Shown here: positions 36,673 through 48,474 of the stretch, piece after piece
Numbering within the stretch: position 1 is the first letter of the stretch
Layout of the letters: each line of letters begins with the position of its first letter
Assembly: GCA_965644295.1 (NCBI GenBank)
Contig: CBFFRP010000035.1
Coordinates: forward strand, 124,001 to 188,000
Origin: Paraphysomonas bandaiensis
Lineage: Eukaryota; Protista; Chrysophyceae
Direction of reading: 5' to 3'
DNA length: 64,000 nt
Made by a program: the position numbers and the translations under genes
The notes under the pieces: model-generated
What the model was told of the DNA's origin: nothing
Seen by the model: the letters and a program-made list of their open reading frames with translations, nothing else
The model's database searches: none

Positions 36673-37422
36673 AGAATATTCGCTTAATAGTGTAGAAAGA
36701 ATATTTTTGTAGAATATTATGAGAGTTGTAGTGTTGGGGATTGTGGTACCACACTCTGTACTTGTTAGTGTTTGAAAATCTAAAGGATATACATAATAAA
36801 TATTTGTATTTAGCGTTGACTCTTTTGTGATCACGCCACCATCTTCTTTGCGGATGTAAACTAATATATTGAAATCTTACACAACGATGTAGAAATTCCA
36901 GATCCACGACCAAAAGTACTGTCTCATTATCCAAAATAACACTGGGCAGCGTGTAGCCTTGAGTATTGCTGTTTCCTGTTTCTGAGTAATTAATCGTTGT
37001 ACTTCTAAGGTATTAGAATTGTGATTGTGACATGAAGAATAACGTGAGCTGCATGTATGCATGTATAGCCAGCAGATAATTTTCTGCCCACTTATAGCCA
37101 TATGCTTGTGATACAAGAGACACAAATAAGTGCCACTTGTGTAGACTTGTTTGGGCATCCGGGAATGGGTCCATCTCAAATCTCAAGGGAATCCGGGGTA
37201 TTGGGCTGCCTGCTGCTAAAGTCAAACATCTGGGCCGTTCACCTTGAGGACTCCAAAATGCTGAAGTTAGCAGCTGTCAAATATATCATCATTCTGCTTG
37301 CTCATTGAGTTTGCTTTGAGTGATAGAGCGAAAATGGTTGTACCTTTTGGTGCTTGCGGTGACGCACTAGCAGCTTTTATTGCGCTAAATAGCAGGGATG
37401 CGTAAATATTAATTGCAATTAA

Positions 37423-37510
37423 CCCTCAACAAAGGCGGACTCGCACCTTTTCTTGGTGTTCTGGGGGATAAGTACCGGAGATATTTCTCTGGGAAACTAA
37501 CGTGAGCCGC
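37423..37510 (+). ncRNA. Putative HDV-like self-cleaving ribozyme (copy 2)
   Basis: P1 ccctcaac:gttctggg (6/8 pairs); P2 gcggactcgc:gtgagccgc; P3 acc:ggt with a 7-nt L3; GG after P1; P4 ccggaga:tctctgg; J4/2 CTAAC with the candidate catalytic C at 37497. Confidence 0.65.
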
Positions 37511-37923
37511 AAACATATAGTCAGCAGATATTCTTCTGCCCACTCATAGCCGAATGCCTGTGTGGTATAAGGGACACCAATAAGTGTCACTTGTGTAGAC
37601 GTCTTTGGGCCCTGACGAATAAACAGGCATCCGGGAATGGGCCCTCCTCAAGGGCATCCGGGACAGGGCCCACCTGAATGGTAACCGGGGTATTGGGCTG
37701 CCTGCTGAAGTCAAGCATCCGGGATGTTCACCTTAAGAACTCAGAGCAGAAGTGGTCGCACCTTGGTGCTTGCGGCGACGCACAAGCAGCTTCAGTAGCG
37801 TTCAATAGTAGGATAAAAAAGTGTGTACTGATTAGTTACAGGTAGAGGTCTAACTAGTTTGTCTAGCTACTAAAAGCTGGTGCAGGTTGTTAACGCCTAT
37901 TGCTAATAATAAGACTTTCAATA
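37423..37923 (+). mobile_element. Non-autonomous retroposon (SINE-like), full-length copy 2
   Basis: Flanked by a perfect 13-bp direct repeat taattgcaattaa (37410-37422, 37924-37936); no TIRs and no long ORF. Confidence 0.85.
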
Positions 37924-38744
37924 TAATTGCAATTAAATTTCAAACGTGTTTTAGCAACTAAATTCCAATTATTAATTATAGATCGCGCAATTATAATTGC
38001 TCATTACTCATTACTAGCACGAATATCATCTTCAACCGTACTTGCATTCCACTGCTCAACTTCCGTATATATCTTGAATCGTCATGATACAATACTTCGG
38101 TTTCACAGTTATAGCTATATATAGTATCTTTGACTACGTATTACTGTTTTTCACATTGTTTTTTTACGTATTCTACAGTACTATCTTAGAGAACCATACG
38201 TACAAAGAAACAGTACCTTTCTTAACATAAAGATATTTATAATGAGAGCCAGCCTTCCCACCACTTTAATAGCCATGAGTATAGGGGCATTAAGGGCAAC
38301 TCCTAACTCTAATATTTCGTCCTTATACCTTAGTATATAGTGAATAATTGCCACTTAATTGCAACCTTCCAACGAGGAATTATATTTGAAATTATTACGT
38401 ATACGTATATATTCTATGCAATTTAATTGCAATTCAATAAAATTGCTACGCAGCCCTGCTAAATAGTAGATATCAGACTTAAGCCCTGACTCTTAAACGC
38501 CTATTGCTAATAATAAGACATTCACTACTAAAATTATCTTACATTTCTAAACCAAACAACTTGCATTGGATCATCTTAGACTAATACTACTGATGCCACT
38601 CATATACTAATCATCAAACACGGAGGTGCAATATCATTGATATAATAGTAAATAGCAGCTGAAATACGATGGAAACGTAGTCTTTACTCATATGCACTTG
38701 TAAATGGTCACATGAAGCTTCCACCTGACATATACTTGACCCAA

Positions 38745-41184
38745 CTATTCCCACATCATGATATGCGAAATTCCAGCCACACTCTTCTTTTCATTTAGTT
38801 TGGATTCGAGGCTGAGCACATGCTGCCCAGAAGGGAAGTTCGACAAAAGAACACAGGCTCCTGCTAACTCAACGTCCATCCATATATTCCGCTTATCAGA
38901 AGGGGTATAATTTTTCAGTCGGTCGTCGGGGACATTCAGTTCAACTCTGAACTCAGTTGCATATTGAAAGTTGTTATAATGATAGGCGCAGACAATGATA
39001 GACTTATGCTTTCCAATATTAATCCGAAAATGAATTTCGCCTGAGTCTGGACCGTCAACAGCTGAGTACCCAGGCCTCAACTCGAGGTGCTCGTCATCAG
39101 GAAATAAATGGTACTCATATGAATCTAACTTCGATTGATGCTCATTAACCCACTTGTGAGTGCCAACGATAAGTTCAGACAAAGTTAAATTCGGGGCATA
39201 GTGAGGATGATAGTCAGTAAAGCACAAAGGTTTCGTTTCACAGTAGAGTGCTGAGCTAGCCCCTTTCCCACAAAACTGCGGGGGAGCAGGCTACAACGAT
39301 GAATAAATATATTATAACGTGCTTACTACGTACGACATATACTTACCTCTTCCTTAGTTCTGTACTTCTTATGCTCCGCATCATACTCTGTGTCGAGACG
39401 TTATACATTATACATAAAAGTCAACGTAACACAACGAGTGTTCCAAGCAATATATGGTACACAAACTATCCATATTCATTAAACTTACTTTTATACAACT
39501 CCTTTTTATCGGTGTTTCCCGATTTCACTTCTTTCTGTATTTCGTAAAGTGCGTCTAGAAAAGGAAGCCCATATATCCAAGTTATCAGCTCCCCTCTCAT
39601 CAAGTGGTAGGCGCGTGTTGGGTGCCATGATGCACCTTTCCCACTTGGTCCGCCATAGCTAATATAAGAACATAAACACAGTATTAGAAAAGCAACAATA
39701 TACAAGAAAAAAATACTCAGAGCACATCACACACATTGTCACATCTTTTTTGAAAAATCTGAGCTCCGTAGAACAGTTAGCGGAGAGTCGTCCCATCCCG
39801 CAAGTAATCTTCTTGTCGTATTCAATGATTCCCGCACAGACTTCAGGCTTGTGAACTCGCCATGCATCTGATCCTAAGACAGCGAGTCCATTTCCATATG
39901 ACTTGTACGCGTTAGCAGCGCGGCCGAACCTGAACAGAAAAAGATCACATAATAGACCAATAAAAGCGAAAGTGCTATAAATGTGTTGCAAGTATGCCTC
40001 AAATACAAACTCTAGAGTGCCACTCAAACAGAACAATAAACAGCAATTACGACTGTTAATACAGACGGACAAGGCTGACAAACAACCTGTTCGTGAACGT
40101 CCCATATTTCTTCATGCTTTCTATCAGATTATCTCTTTGGGCATGCACATCTTCATGCGTGGGCAACCACTGCTTCAAACCAGCAGATGCTTCGGTCCAT
40201 TCCTGCACAATGGGAACAACGGGCAGGAAACGTTAGAAAAGATGGTCAGCAGGCACACATACTAGTACCTCTGAGCTAAAGGGGGGATCGTCGGTAGACT
40301 CCTCCAAGCATGTTTTGCCGGTTGCCATCTCAGTACCTGACTGAGAGTAATACACAGAGCCAACATTTTTGGACCATATCGCAAACCGAGCTGCCATTTC
40401 AAACATGTCTTCGTTGTGACCACAGTTGAAGGACTGCTCCCTGTAGAGTATGGTTATATATATCTGGCAAAGTAAATCTTTCAAGCATACCAGCCAACCA
40501 TATCCGGATCAAACCCGCCCATAGACTCATAGCAATAGTTAGATGGGAAGCAGTTATTAGCGCCTTGTGCAATATTATGTACAATCATTTCGATGCCAGC
40601 AGCCGCCAGGGCCGGACTCATTCGCTTAAGTACAATCATAGGGTATGACTGGTTAAATAAGTTATCATGACCAGCGGTGACAGAAGATCCACCGAACACC
40701 ATCATGTATTTGGCATTGTCCGAAAGGATTTTCTTTGCCCAGTTAATCCGCAAGATAGCATAGCTCTCTCTACAAATAGAAAATTAGCTTAACACCTGAC
40801 ATGAAAAGATCACATAAAATACGCACTCATCAATATTTTGAGTCAACTCAAAGAGGAGTTTTCCTTGTGGGTGATTTAACTGAAATCGATTATAAATGAG
40901 GCTTAACATCTTCTGCGTTTCTTTTATGGAGTGCTCCAAATCAGACTGCGAATACAATCAGCCCATCATCTCATCTCATCATCAGATACCTCAGAGAACA
41001 GATCTCTGTGTGGGGAATCAGCGACTGTGTCGATAATTGTCTCTGATGAAGCATAGACCTCTCGAAGACCGCTGCTTGATCGATCTTCATTCATAAAATA
41101 CCATGACAGACGCAGACCACACACAACAACCACTAACAACACCACCCACTTCTTAATGCTATTTAACGTGTCTTTATTATCCAT
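38745..41184 (-). CDS. Type II membrane protein with an SGNH/GDSL-like hydrolase domain, multi-exon
   Basis: N-terminal TM segment; block I VFGGSSVTAGH; NIAQG; catalytic-His-like WHP motif; GT-AG-bounded exons. Confidence 0.7.
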
Positions 41185-41653
41185 CTTTATGTCTGGTTGA
41201 TGTTATATGAGTTGAATGCACATCGACATGCTCCTAACATACATGTATATATACATACATACACATATATATGCATGTATACTCACGTGTATGTGACAAG
41301 TTAAGTTCATGTACGGTACACTGGTATGTATACTGTACAGTAGATATGGTGCAGTACACTGCGGTAGATGTGTACGAATATTCTTCTGTCAAAATCAGCT
41401 GCCGTTCCTCAGAACGTATTCCGGTATTCTACATGGTGTAGTGTAGGTACTCGTGTGTCAAAACTGACCACATAACGAGAGAGGTCACCATAGAAAACCC
41501 AGTTTTTGTGGAAAAGTGTGGTGGAAACCGACATACAGTACGTAAATGTGTCGTATGTGTATGTGTATCATCGCTATAGTATGATCCACTACCTCAGCTT
41601 GCAGTGTATTAACAGACTCGTCAGCCTCATGTAACCTCTATCAGAGTTCAGAT

Positions 41654-43372
41654 ATGTTGCATATATCTGTTCTTAACGATGATGTGATTCGTCTCATCAT
41701 CTCTATGATCCCACACACAGCTCTCCTTCCTGTGATCATGACTTGTAAGAGATTTCACGATATCGCTGACACCATGAGAGATAAGAGGAGAGTACAGTCA
41801 CATGTATCTCACTATTGTATGACGAACTCAATGGTCTCATGGGCTCTGTTGATGGGCTGTCGAGAGAGCCTGATAATGAATGGATGTGCACTATATGGCA
41901 AACTAGAGCAGATGAAACACATCATAAGACATAATACACATACGCAGGACACTATGCGCATATGGGGTAAGGAGTGTACTTGCCATGCTGCATATAATGC
42001 TGCAAGAAGTGGACACCTAGATAAACTGCAGTGGCTTAGTTCACAAGACCCTCCATGTCCAAGGGATGAATGGACTTGCAGTGGTGCTGCTAGAGGTGGA
42101 CACTTGGATATTCTGAAGTGGCTTCGTTCGCAGGATCCTCCATGGCCATGGGATACACGGACTTGCATCGAAGCTGCAAGAGGTGGACACTTGGCTGTTC
42201 TGAAATGGCTTCGTTCTCAGGATCCTCCATGTCCATGGGATAGACAGACTTGCATTGGTGCCGCTAGAGGTGGACATTTGGATGTTTTGAAGTGGCTTCG
42301 ATCACAGGACCCTCCATGTCCATGGGATAGACAGACTTGCATTGGTGCCGCTAAAGGTGGACACTTGGATGTTTTGAAGTGGCTTCGTTCACAGGACCCT
42401 CCATGTCCATGGGATGGAATTACTTGCAGTGGTGCTGCTAGAGGTGGACACTTGGATATTCTGAAGTGGCTTCGTTCACAGGATCCTCCATGTCCATGGG
42501 ATGGAATTACTTGCATGGATGCTTCTGGTGGTGGACATTTGGATGTTTTGAAGTGGCTTCGTTCGCAGGATCCTCCATGTCCATGGGATAAATGGACTTG
42601 CATGGATGCTTCTGGTGGTGGACATTTGTATGTTTTGAAGTGGCTTCGTTCACAGGATCCTCCATGTCCATGGAACGAAGAGACTTGCAGTGGTGCTGCT
42701 AGAGGTGGATACTTGGATATACTGCAGTGGCTTCGATCACAGGATCCTCCATGCCCGTGGGACAGACAGACTTGCATTGGTGCTGCTAGTGGTGGACATT
42801 TGGCTGTTCTGCGGTGGCTTCGTTCGCAGGATCCTCCATGTCCATGGGACAGACAGACTTGCATTGGTGCTGCTAGTGGTGGGCATTTGGCTGTTCTGAA
42901 GTGGCTTCGTTCGCAGGATCCTCCATGTCCATGGGATGAACAATCTTGCATCGAGGCCGCTAGAGGTGGACATTTGGCTGTTCTGAAGTGGCTTCGCTCA
43001 CAGGACCCTCCATGCCCATGGGATAGAAGGACTTGCAGTGGTGCTGCTAGTGGTGGACACTTGGATATACTGCAGTGGCTTCGATCACAGGACCCTCCAT
43101 GTCCATGGGATAGTATTACTTGCAGTGTTGCTACTAGAGGTGGACATTTGGATGTTTTGAAGTGGCTTCGTTCACAAGATCCTCCACTGCCATGGGACAG
43201 ACAGACTTGCATTGGTGCTGCTAGTGGTGGGCATTTGGATGTTCTAAAGTGGCTTCGATCACAGGATCCTCCATGTCCATGGGATAGATGGAATTGTGCT
43301 GCTGCTGCTGCTAGGGGTGGGCACTTGTATGTTTTGAAATGGATTCGTTCACAGGACCCTCCATATACCTAA
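41654..43372 (+). CDS. F-box-like + 15 x 29-aa ankyrin-repeat protein, intronless
   Basis: N-terminus LNDDVIRLIISMI...VIMTCKRFHDIA; 87-bp tandem units encoding QDPPCPWDxxTCxxAAxGGHLxxLKWLRS. Confidence 0.92.
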   Translation: MLHISVLNDDVIRLIISMIPHTALLPVIMTCKRFHDIADTMRDKRRVQSHVSHYCMTNSMVSWALLMGCRESLIMNGCALYGKLEQMKHIIRHNTHTQDTMRIWGKECTCHAAYNAARSGHLDKLQWLSSQDPPCPRDEWTCSGAARGGHLDILKWLRSQDPPWPWDTRTCIEAARGGHLAVLKWLRSQDPPCPWDRQTCIGAARGGHLDVLKWLRSQDPPCPWDRQTCIGAAKGGHLDVLKWLRSQDPPCPWDGITCSGAARGGHLDILKWLRSQDPPCPWDGITCMDASGGGHLDVLKWLRSQDPPCPWDKWTCMDASGGGHLYVLKWLRSQDPPCPWNEETCSGAARGGYLDILQWLRSQDPPCPWDRQTCIGAASGGHLAVLRWLRSQDPPCPWDRQTCIGAASGGHLAVLKWLRSQDPPCPWDEQSCIEAARGGHLAVLKWLRSQDPPCPWDRRTCSGAASGGHLDILQWLRSQDPPCPWDSITCSVATRGGHLDVLKWLRSQDPPLPWDRQTCIGAASGGHLDVLKWLRSQDPPCPWDRWNCAAAAARGGHLYVLKWIRSQDPPYT

Positions 43373-43520
43373 GACGAATGCACATTATTGCTGCTGCTAG
43401 TGGTGGTCATTTGCATGTATTGAAGTGGCTTCGTTCACAGGGCCCTCCATGCCCCTGGGGTAAATGAGCCTGTGTACTGCTGCTAGGGATAGGCACTCGT
43501 ATGTTCTGAAGTTGCTATTC
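43373..43520 (+). pseudogene. Decayed ankyrin repeat units beyond the stop codon
   Basis: gctgctagtggtggtcatttgcatgtattgaagtggcttcgttcacagggccctccatgcccctgg continues the repeat after TAA, with frameshifts and stops. Confidence 0.8.
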
Positions 43521-44008
43521 ACTTTTTCCCATTTCGTTACTATGCTCGTGGGAGAAAAGTGAAGTGACTGGATACGTTATTATTATTGCACACACAACTG
43601 TGTCATTTCGCGAAATAAAGATCACCGCCAACATAATTTTAGCATTGTGGTAACAACCATTGATACGCTTTCGTACAACCATTGATACGCTTTCGTATCT
43701 GGAATATTAGAATATGGATCTTATTCTAGTATATTCAGTATGTCACTTCAAGACAATGTACGAGAATACAGTGAAATATAGTGATGTACAAATGCTGTGA
43801 TGATATTGAGAAACTGAAATAGTTTGATCGTTCAAGATATGTTCAGTAACGAGAGGTTCGCATATGTAGGATATTATGCAGGGATTATAATGAGTTAGTG
43901 TTGGTTATCACAACTTCGTGTAAACGATACTAATAAATCTATCTAGTCTTACGACAAATTCTCTCTGTGATCTAGTGTAAAATGAGCGTTTCTCAGCATG
44001 GAATAGTC

Positions 44009-44200
44009 ACAATACTCCTGTTTCACAGTTTTATAGCACAACTAGATTTGCGCGACAATGAATTGGTTTGAAAATAATAATTGCAATTATTGTAAGTAGA
44101 TATCTCTCACCAACTAGTTGCCAATTAATTGTTAATATACAAGTATGATGTGCACTACAGTATATTGACTACGTATTACAGGTTGTTTTTTACATTATTG
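44009..44200 (+). repeat. Dispersed repeat fragment related to the interior of the 37393-38458 element
   Basis: acaatact---gtttcacagtt--tatagc and ttgactacgtattac blocks match 38089-38160, separated here by ~120 extra bp. Confidence 0.55.
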
Positions 44201-45319
44201 TATTTAACGAAATATTTATAGGCAGATTATGGACTATGGAACAGATCATATAAGTACAACAGACCTAAAAAATAATTCCAATTATTTGATACTAAACAAT
44301 GCACTCAAGTATTTCATAGTCCAGAATAAAGTATACTTGGACTTATATTTTGCATCATTGTGGCTATCATAATAGTGATTGCAATATATTGTGAGCCACT
44401 TTAACAGAACCAATATTGATGGAAATTTTGGCCCCACCACCAATCAATGTATTGCTTCCTAGCCCTGAAGTATAGTATAATTGACATATATTCACGATTC
44501 ATAATTGTATAACGTATAATAATCACAATTAATAGAGTGGTGCTTATATACATATACACACTCACACTAAGGTTAATACAATGAAAGTATTTCACAACAT
44601 GTCACCACATTACTGGAACAAGACAATGAGTGCCATGAACAATAGAAAACCTTCAACTGAAACTGGTCAGATCTGCACTTTGTTCAAAAGGGTTGGAGAT
44701 TTCGGACAAGATTTCCATTGAATGGTCAGTATGATTTATGGTTTTAATGAAATGAGATCACATCATCTCATAAGCAGTAATTTGACACGCAAAAGAGTGC
44801 CTCTATTGCTTATACTCGAGCTAGCACAGTGATGTCTTCGTCGATACTATAGTGAGAGATAATGGCTTCATACTCATGGATGCTGCAACCTCAATTATGT
44901 CCCTCCGTGAGTTAGAGGTGAAATACTTTCTAGTGCGCTGGATATACGATACCGTAACTGATCTGTGTAGTAAAGCGTGTACAGTTTAGAGAGAGAATGA
45001 ATCGTATATCTCTAACAGTACTACGAATATACAGCTATATATGTGAGATGCAGACGTGTATACACACACATGGCCTGACTGACTGTGTTAGTGAAGCCCT
45101 CACTCGTGTCTGTGAGTAGAGGCAGCAACAGTGTCTCTGAATGGTGTGCTCCTATTCACATATGCATGCAATGAGCACATGCTTCAAAGCGACACTGGCA
45201 TATAGACGTCTATCATACGCACACAGCAGTACGTACACAGATATACGACAGAGAAATACGTCGGTAACATACAGATATGGTGTTTGTACTGCTGTATGTG
45301 TACGGTGTATGTATGTACA

Positions 45320-45776
45320 GTGTATGTGTACGGGTGTGTGCATGTACACAGCAGTGTGTGTGAGTGTATGTGTACGGGTGTGTGCATGTACAGCAGTGTG
45401 TGTGAGTGTATGTGTACGGGTGTGTGCATGTACAGCAGTGTGTGTGAGTGTATGTGTACGGGTGTGTGCATGTACAGCAGTGTGTGTGAGTGTATGTGTA
45501 CGGGTGTGTGCATGTACAGCAGTGTGTGTGAGTGTATGTGTACGGGTGTGTGCATGTACAGCAGTGTGTGTGAGTGTATGTGTACGGGTGTGTGCATGTA
45601 CAGCAGTGTGTGTGAGTGTATGTGTACGGGTGTGTGCATGTACAGCAGTGTGTGTGAGTGTATGTGTACGGGTGTGTGCATGTACAGCAGTGTGTGTGAG
45701 TGTATGTGTACGGGTGTGTGCATGTACAGCAGTGTGTGTGAGTGTATGTGTACGGGTGTGTGCATGTACAGCAGTG
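45320..45776. repeat. 42-bp minisatellite, ~11 near-perfect copies
   Basis: Unit gtgtatgtgtacgggtgtgtgcatgtacagcagtgtgtgtga. Confidence 0.97.
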
Positions 45777-45874
45777 AGGGATGAGGTCGTCTTGAGGATC
45801 TATGTCAGTATATCAGTATATCAGTATATTAGAATTCAGTAATTTCGGTGGAAGACAGCAGGCAGTTCTGTGCG

Positions 45875-48474
45875 ATGGAGTTGCCATTGCAATTGGATGA
45901 TGGCTCATCTGAGATCATTGCGCTTGGCGAGGAGTCCACTGTTGTAAGGGAAGTGCTGTCAGAGCTGTGTAAGCTGAGGCGGCATGTGTCTCCCTGCAGC
46001 CCTCTGCAGCCCGATGATTTGTGTATACTTAAAATAACTAGGAATAGCAACGGAGAAAAAGTACGGAAGGTTTTGATGCCTAATGCTAGTATCCATGTAT
46101 CTGCTGATGACGCTGAGTATGCTGTGCTTGGATGCGTGTCGCGAAGTATCGATGTGGGAGACAGCCTGAAGAGGTATCGAAGTGTGTTCAAATCTTTTGC
46201 GGACGAGTTAGATAGAATTTCATCTGAGAGGTATATTGCATAAAACTATATCATGAACAAGTTATGATGCATATTTCGCAGCTCAAACACTAATGCATGG
46301 CCCCATTGCCTATTTTCATCAGCGAAGGTAGATTTTGCAAGGTCACTTGAGTTGTGCCTGGATGAAGCAGTATTTAAGTGCAAAAGAATACTACGTCATG
46401 CCTATAGTCAATCGAATTGTAATGATGAGCGGGTCACCATCAAGGGAGCCCTGGGTATGTGACAGAGTAAAGTGTCTAGCGTAGCACTAATCTATCTACA
46501 CAGACCTTGTGACGCAGCGTCAACTACATGATGCCGTGCAGTCATTAAGACGGAATGCTTCCACTATTGATGTTCTACCAAGAACAAATGGCGTAGGTAG
46601 ACATAGTCACTCCATTCAACCTGCAGAGGTTGACATGGAAGTTGACAGTGATGACAGCTCGGACACGTTTGTGCAGAGCGACACGCCGTCCAGTACTGTG
46701 ATATCGTTGAGATCTCCCATGGCTCCGTCAACTGGGAGTAAGCGAGAATCATTACTTGCGCCTGTCACATTGCCTATGGCGGAATCTGACCGTCCTCCAA
46801 GTACATGTGATGAATCTTTTCCCGAAAGCATACTAGAAGCAGGTACTTCACTTGAACCACATGACACGGAATTATACGTACATGAGGATAAACCCATGGA
46901 TGTAGAAGGCGACGACGCTACAAACGTAGCGGATCACACTATCAACAGAGAAATTGAAGGGAAAAAAATTGACGAAGACTTGACTCAAAGTGCATTTGTT
47001 GAACCTATTCACAATGTGAGTCCAATAGAGACAGTGGAGGCGGCTCCAAATCCACATTCTGCGGATGAAGGCCAACCCACAGATGATGGAGACGTCATCA
47101 ACAGTCAGGACAGTAGCAGTAGTGACAGCAGCAGTGATGAAAGTGGAACAGAGAGTAGCGACTCGTCAGATGATGAGGCCGATATCCCCGTCCCCGATAG
47201 AGTGAATGATGGGCATTCAGCAATTTTGGAACATGCACTAGAGAAAGAAACTGTAGTGGTTCCTGGGAATAAAGAGAATACTACCGAAGACAGTGACAGT
47301 AGTAGTGATTCATCATCTGGGTCGAGTAGTGGAAGTAGTAGTGATAGTGATTCTTCTAGTAGTAGTAGCAGTGGTAGCTCCAGTAGTGATTCTGAGTCAT
47401 CGTCAGACTCAGATTCGGACTCAGACTCAGACTCCTCATCTGATTCAGGTTCGGATAGCTCGGATGAAGATAAAGAGGACTTATCCATGCCACCCCCGGC
47501 TACCCCAGGCGCCCCATCTTCAGCTGTACCTGTAACCCCTAAACCCGTTAACGAATCTGTTTCATGTACAAGTGACTCACACAATGATGATCCTGATAGC
47601 GACGGGTCAAGTAGTGAAGATGACCCCAACGAGGTAGAAAGGGAAAAGTCATCGAGGCGTGTTTCTTTTGCTGGGGTGCCGGAACAAGTTGGCCATAAAG
47701 CTCTGCAAGTGCGTTTTTTGTTTACCAACACTTACCTACCTGAGACTAGTTTTATCTGTGATACAGTCGTTATTATTTAAGCCCCCTCTACTCAAGTCTC
47801 CGAGCCACTTTCTTGCATCATCGACAAAGATCATGGGAAGAGGTAGTCTTATATTTTGTTCGACTATACATCATGACACTCATGTTATTCCAGTGCCCCC
47901 CAATACATTACCAAGTAAGAGGCAAAACCCAGAAGAACTTGATACAACCGCAGGTATTGCGATCTTATTGTGTCATTAACTGCTGCTTACCCCAGTAGTT
48001 GTATGTCAGAAGCCTGGAGCTGACTGTGTAAATGAGAAGCCCGTTAACAAGTATAGAAGTTTGACAATTTTATTTCATAGATATGTGATTTACTGTTACA
48101 GGCGTGCGAAAGTGGAGAAGCATCATTCGGATGGCGAGAATGACGTGAGTACTGAATTAGCACCTTCTGATGTCGATAATTCAACGGTGAAGAAACGACC
48201 AGAAGCAACACCTTCGAGTGTCAAGAATTCATCTGCGAAGAAACGACCGGAAGCAACACCTTCTAATGTCAAGAATTCAACTGTGAAGAAACGACTGGAA
48301 GCAACGCCTTCTAATGTCGAGGATTCGCCTGCGAAGAAAAGACCGGAAACAACACCTTCTAATGTCGACGAATCAGCAGTGAAGGAAAGACAGGAAGCCG
48401 CACCTTCAAATGTGAAGAAAAGACCGGCTGTAACGCAAAGAGTAACGAGAAGCCGAAAGCTTAAGCAGACCTAG
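45875..48474 (+). CDS. Hypothetical Ser/Asp-rich, probably nuclear protein with C-terminal 16-aa repeats; multi-exon
   Basis: In-strand ORFs linked by GT-AG introns; poly-S/D tracts; RRVSF motif; repeats KKRPEATPSNVKNSTV. Confidence 0.65.

Larger units (their letters stand above)
37393..38458. mobile_element. Non-autonomous hAT-type element (~1.07 kb including a nested retroposon)
   Basis: TIRs cagggatgcgta / tacgcagccctg; perfect 8-bp TSD ctaaatag at 37385-37392 and 38459-38466. Confidence 0.9.
37040..38522 (+). mobile_element. Older 5'-truncated retroposon copy (37040-37392 + 38467-38522) interrupted by a hAT insertion
   Basis: Homology to the 5088 copy starts at taacgtgagc. The motif aaatag|tag-atatcaga resumes immediately after the second TSD. 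Confidence 0.8.

Noticed and set aside
37610-37740. Hammerhead ribozyme or Fanzor/TnpB omega-RNA inside the dispersed repeat
   Set aside because: CTGACGA is not conserved in the other full-length copy, there is no matching GAAA/stem arrangement, and no nuclease ORF is nearby. The TSD and 5' truncations fit a retroposon.
42044-43351. CRISPR-like array, and the 331-aa antisense ORF 42217..43212
   Set aside because: Units are in-frame coding repeats with no unique spacers and no cas genes; the antisense ORF mirrors a stop-free repeat.
45141-45842. Cys/Val- or His-rich repetitive ORFs
   Set aside because: Translations of a 42-bp minisatellite that is open in several frames on both strands.
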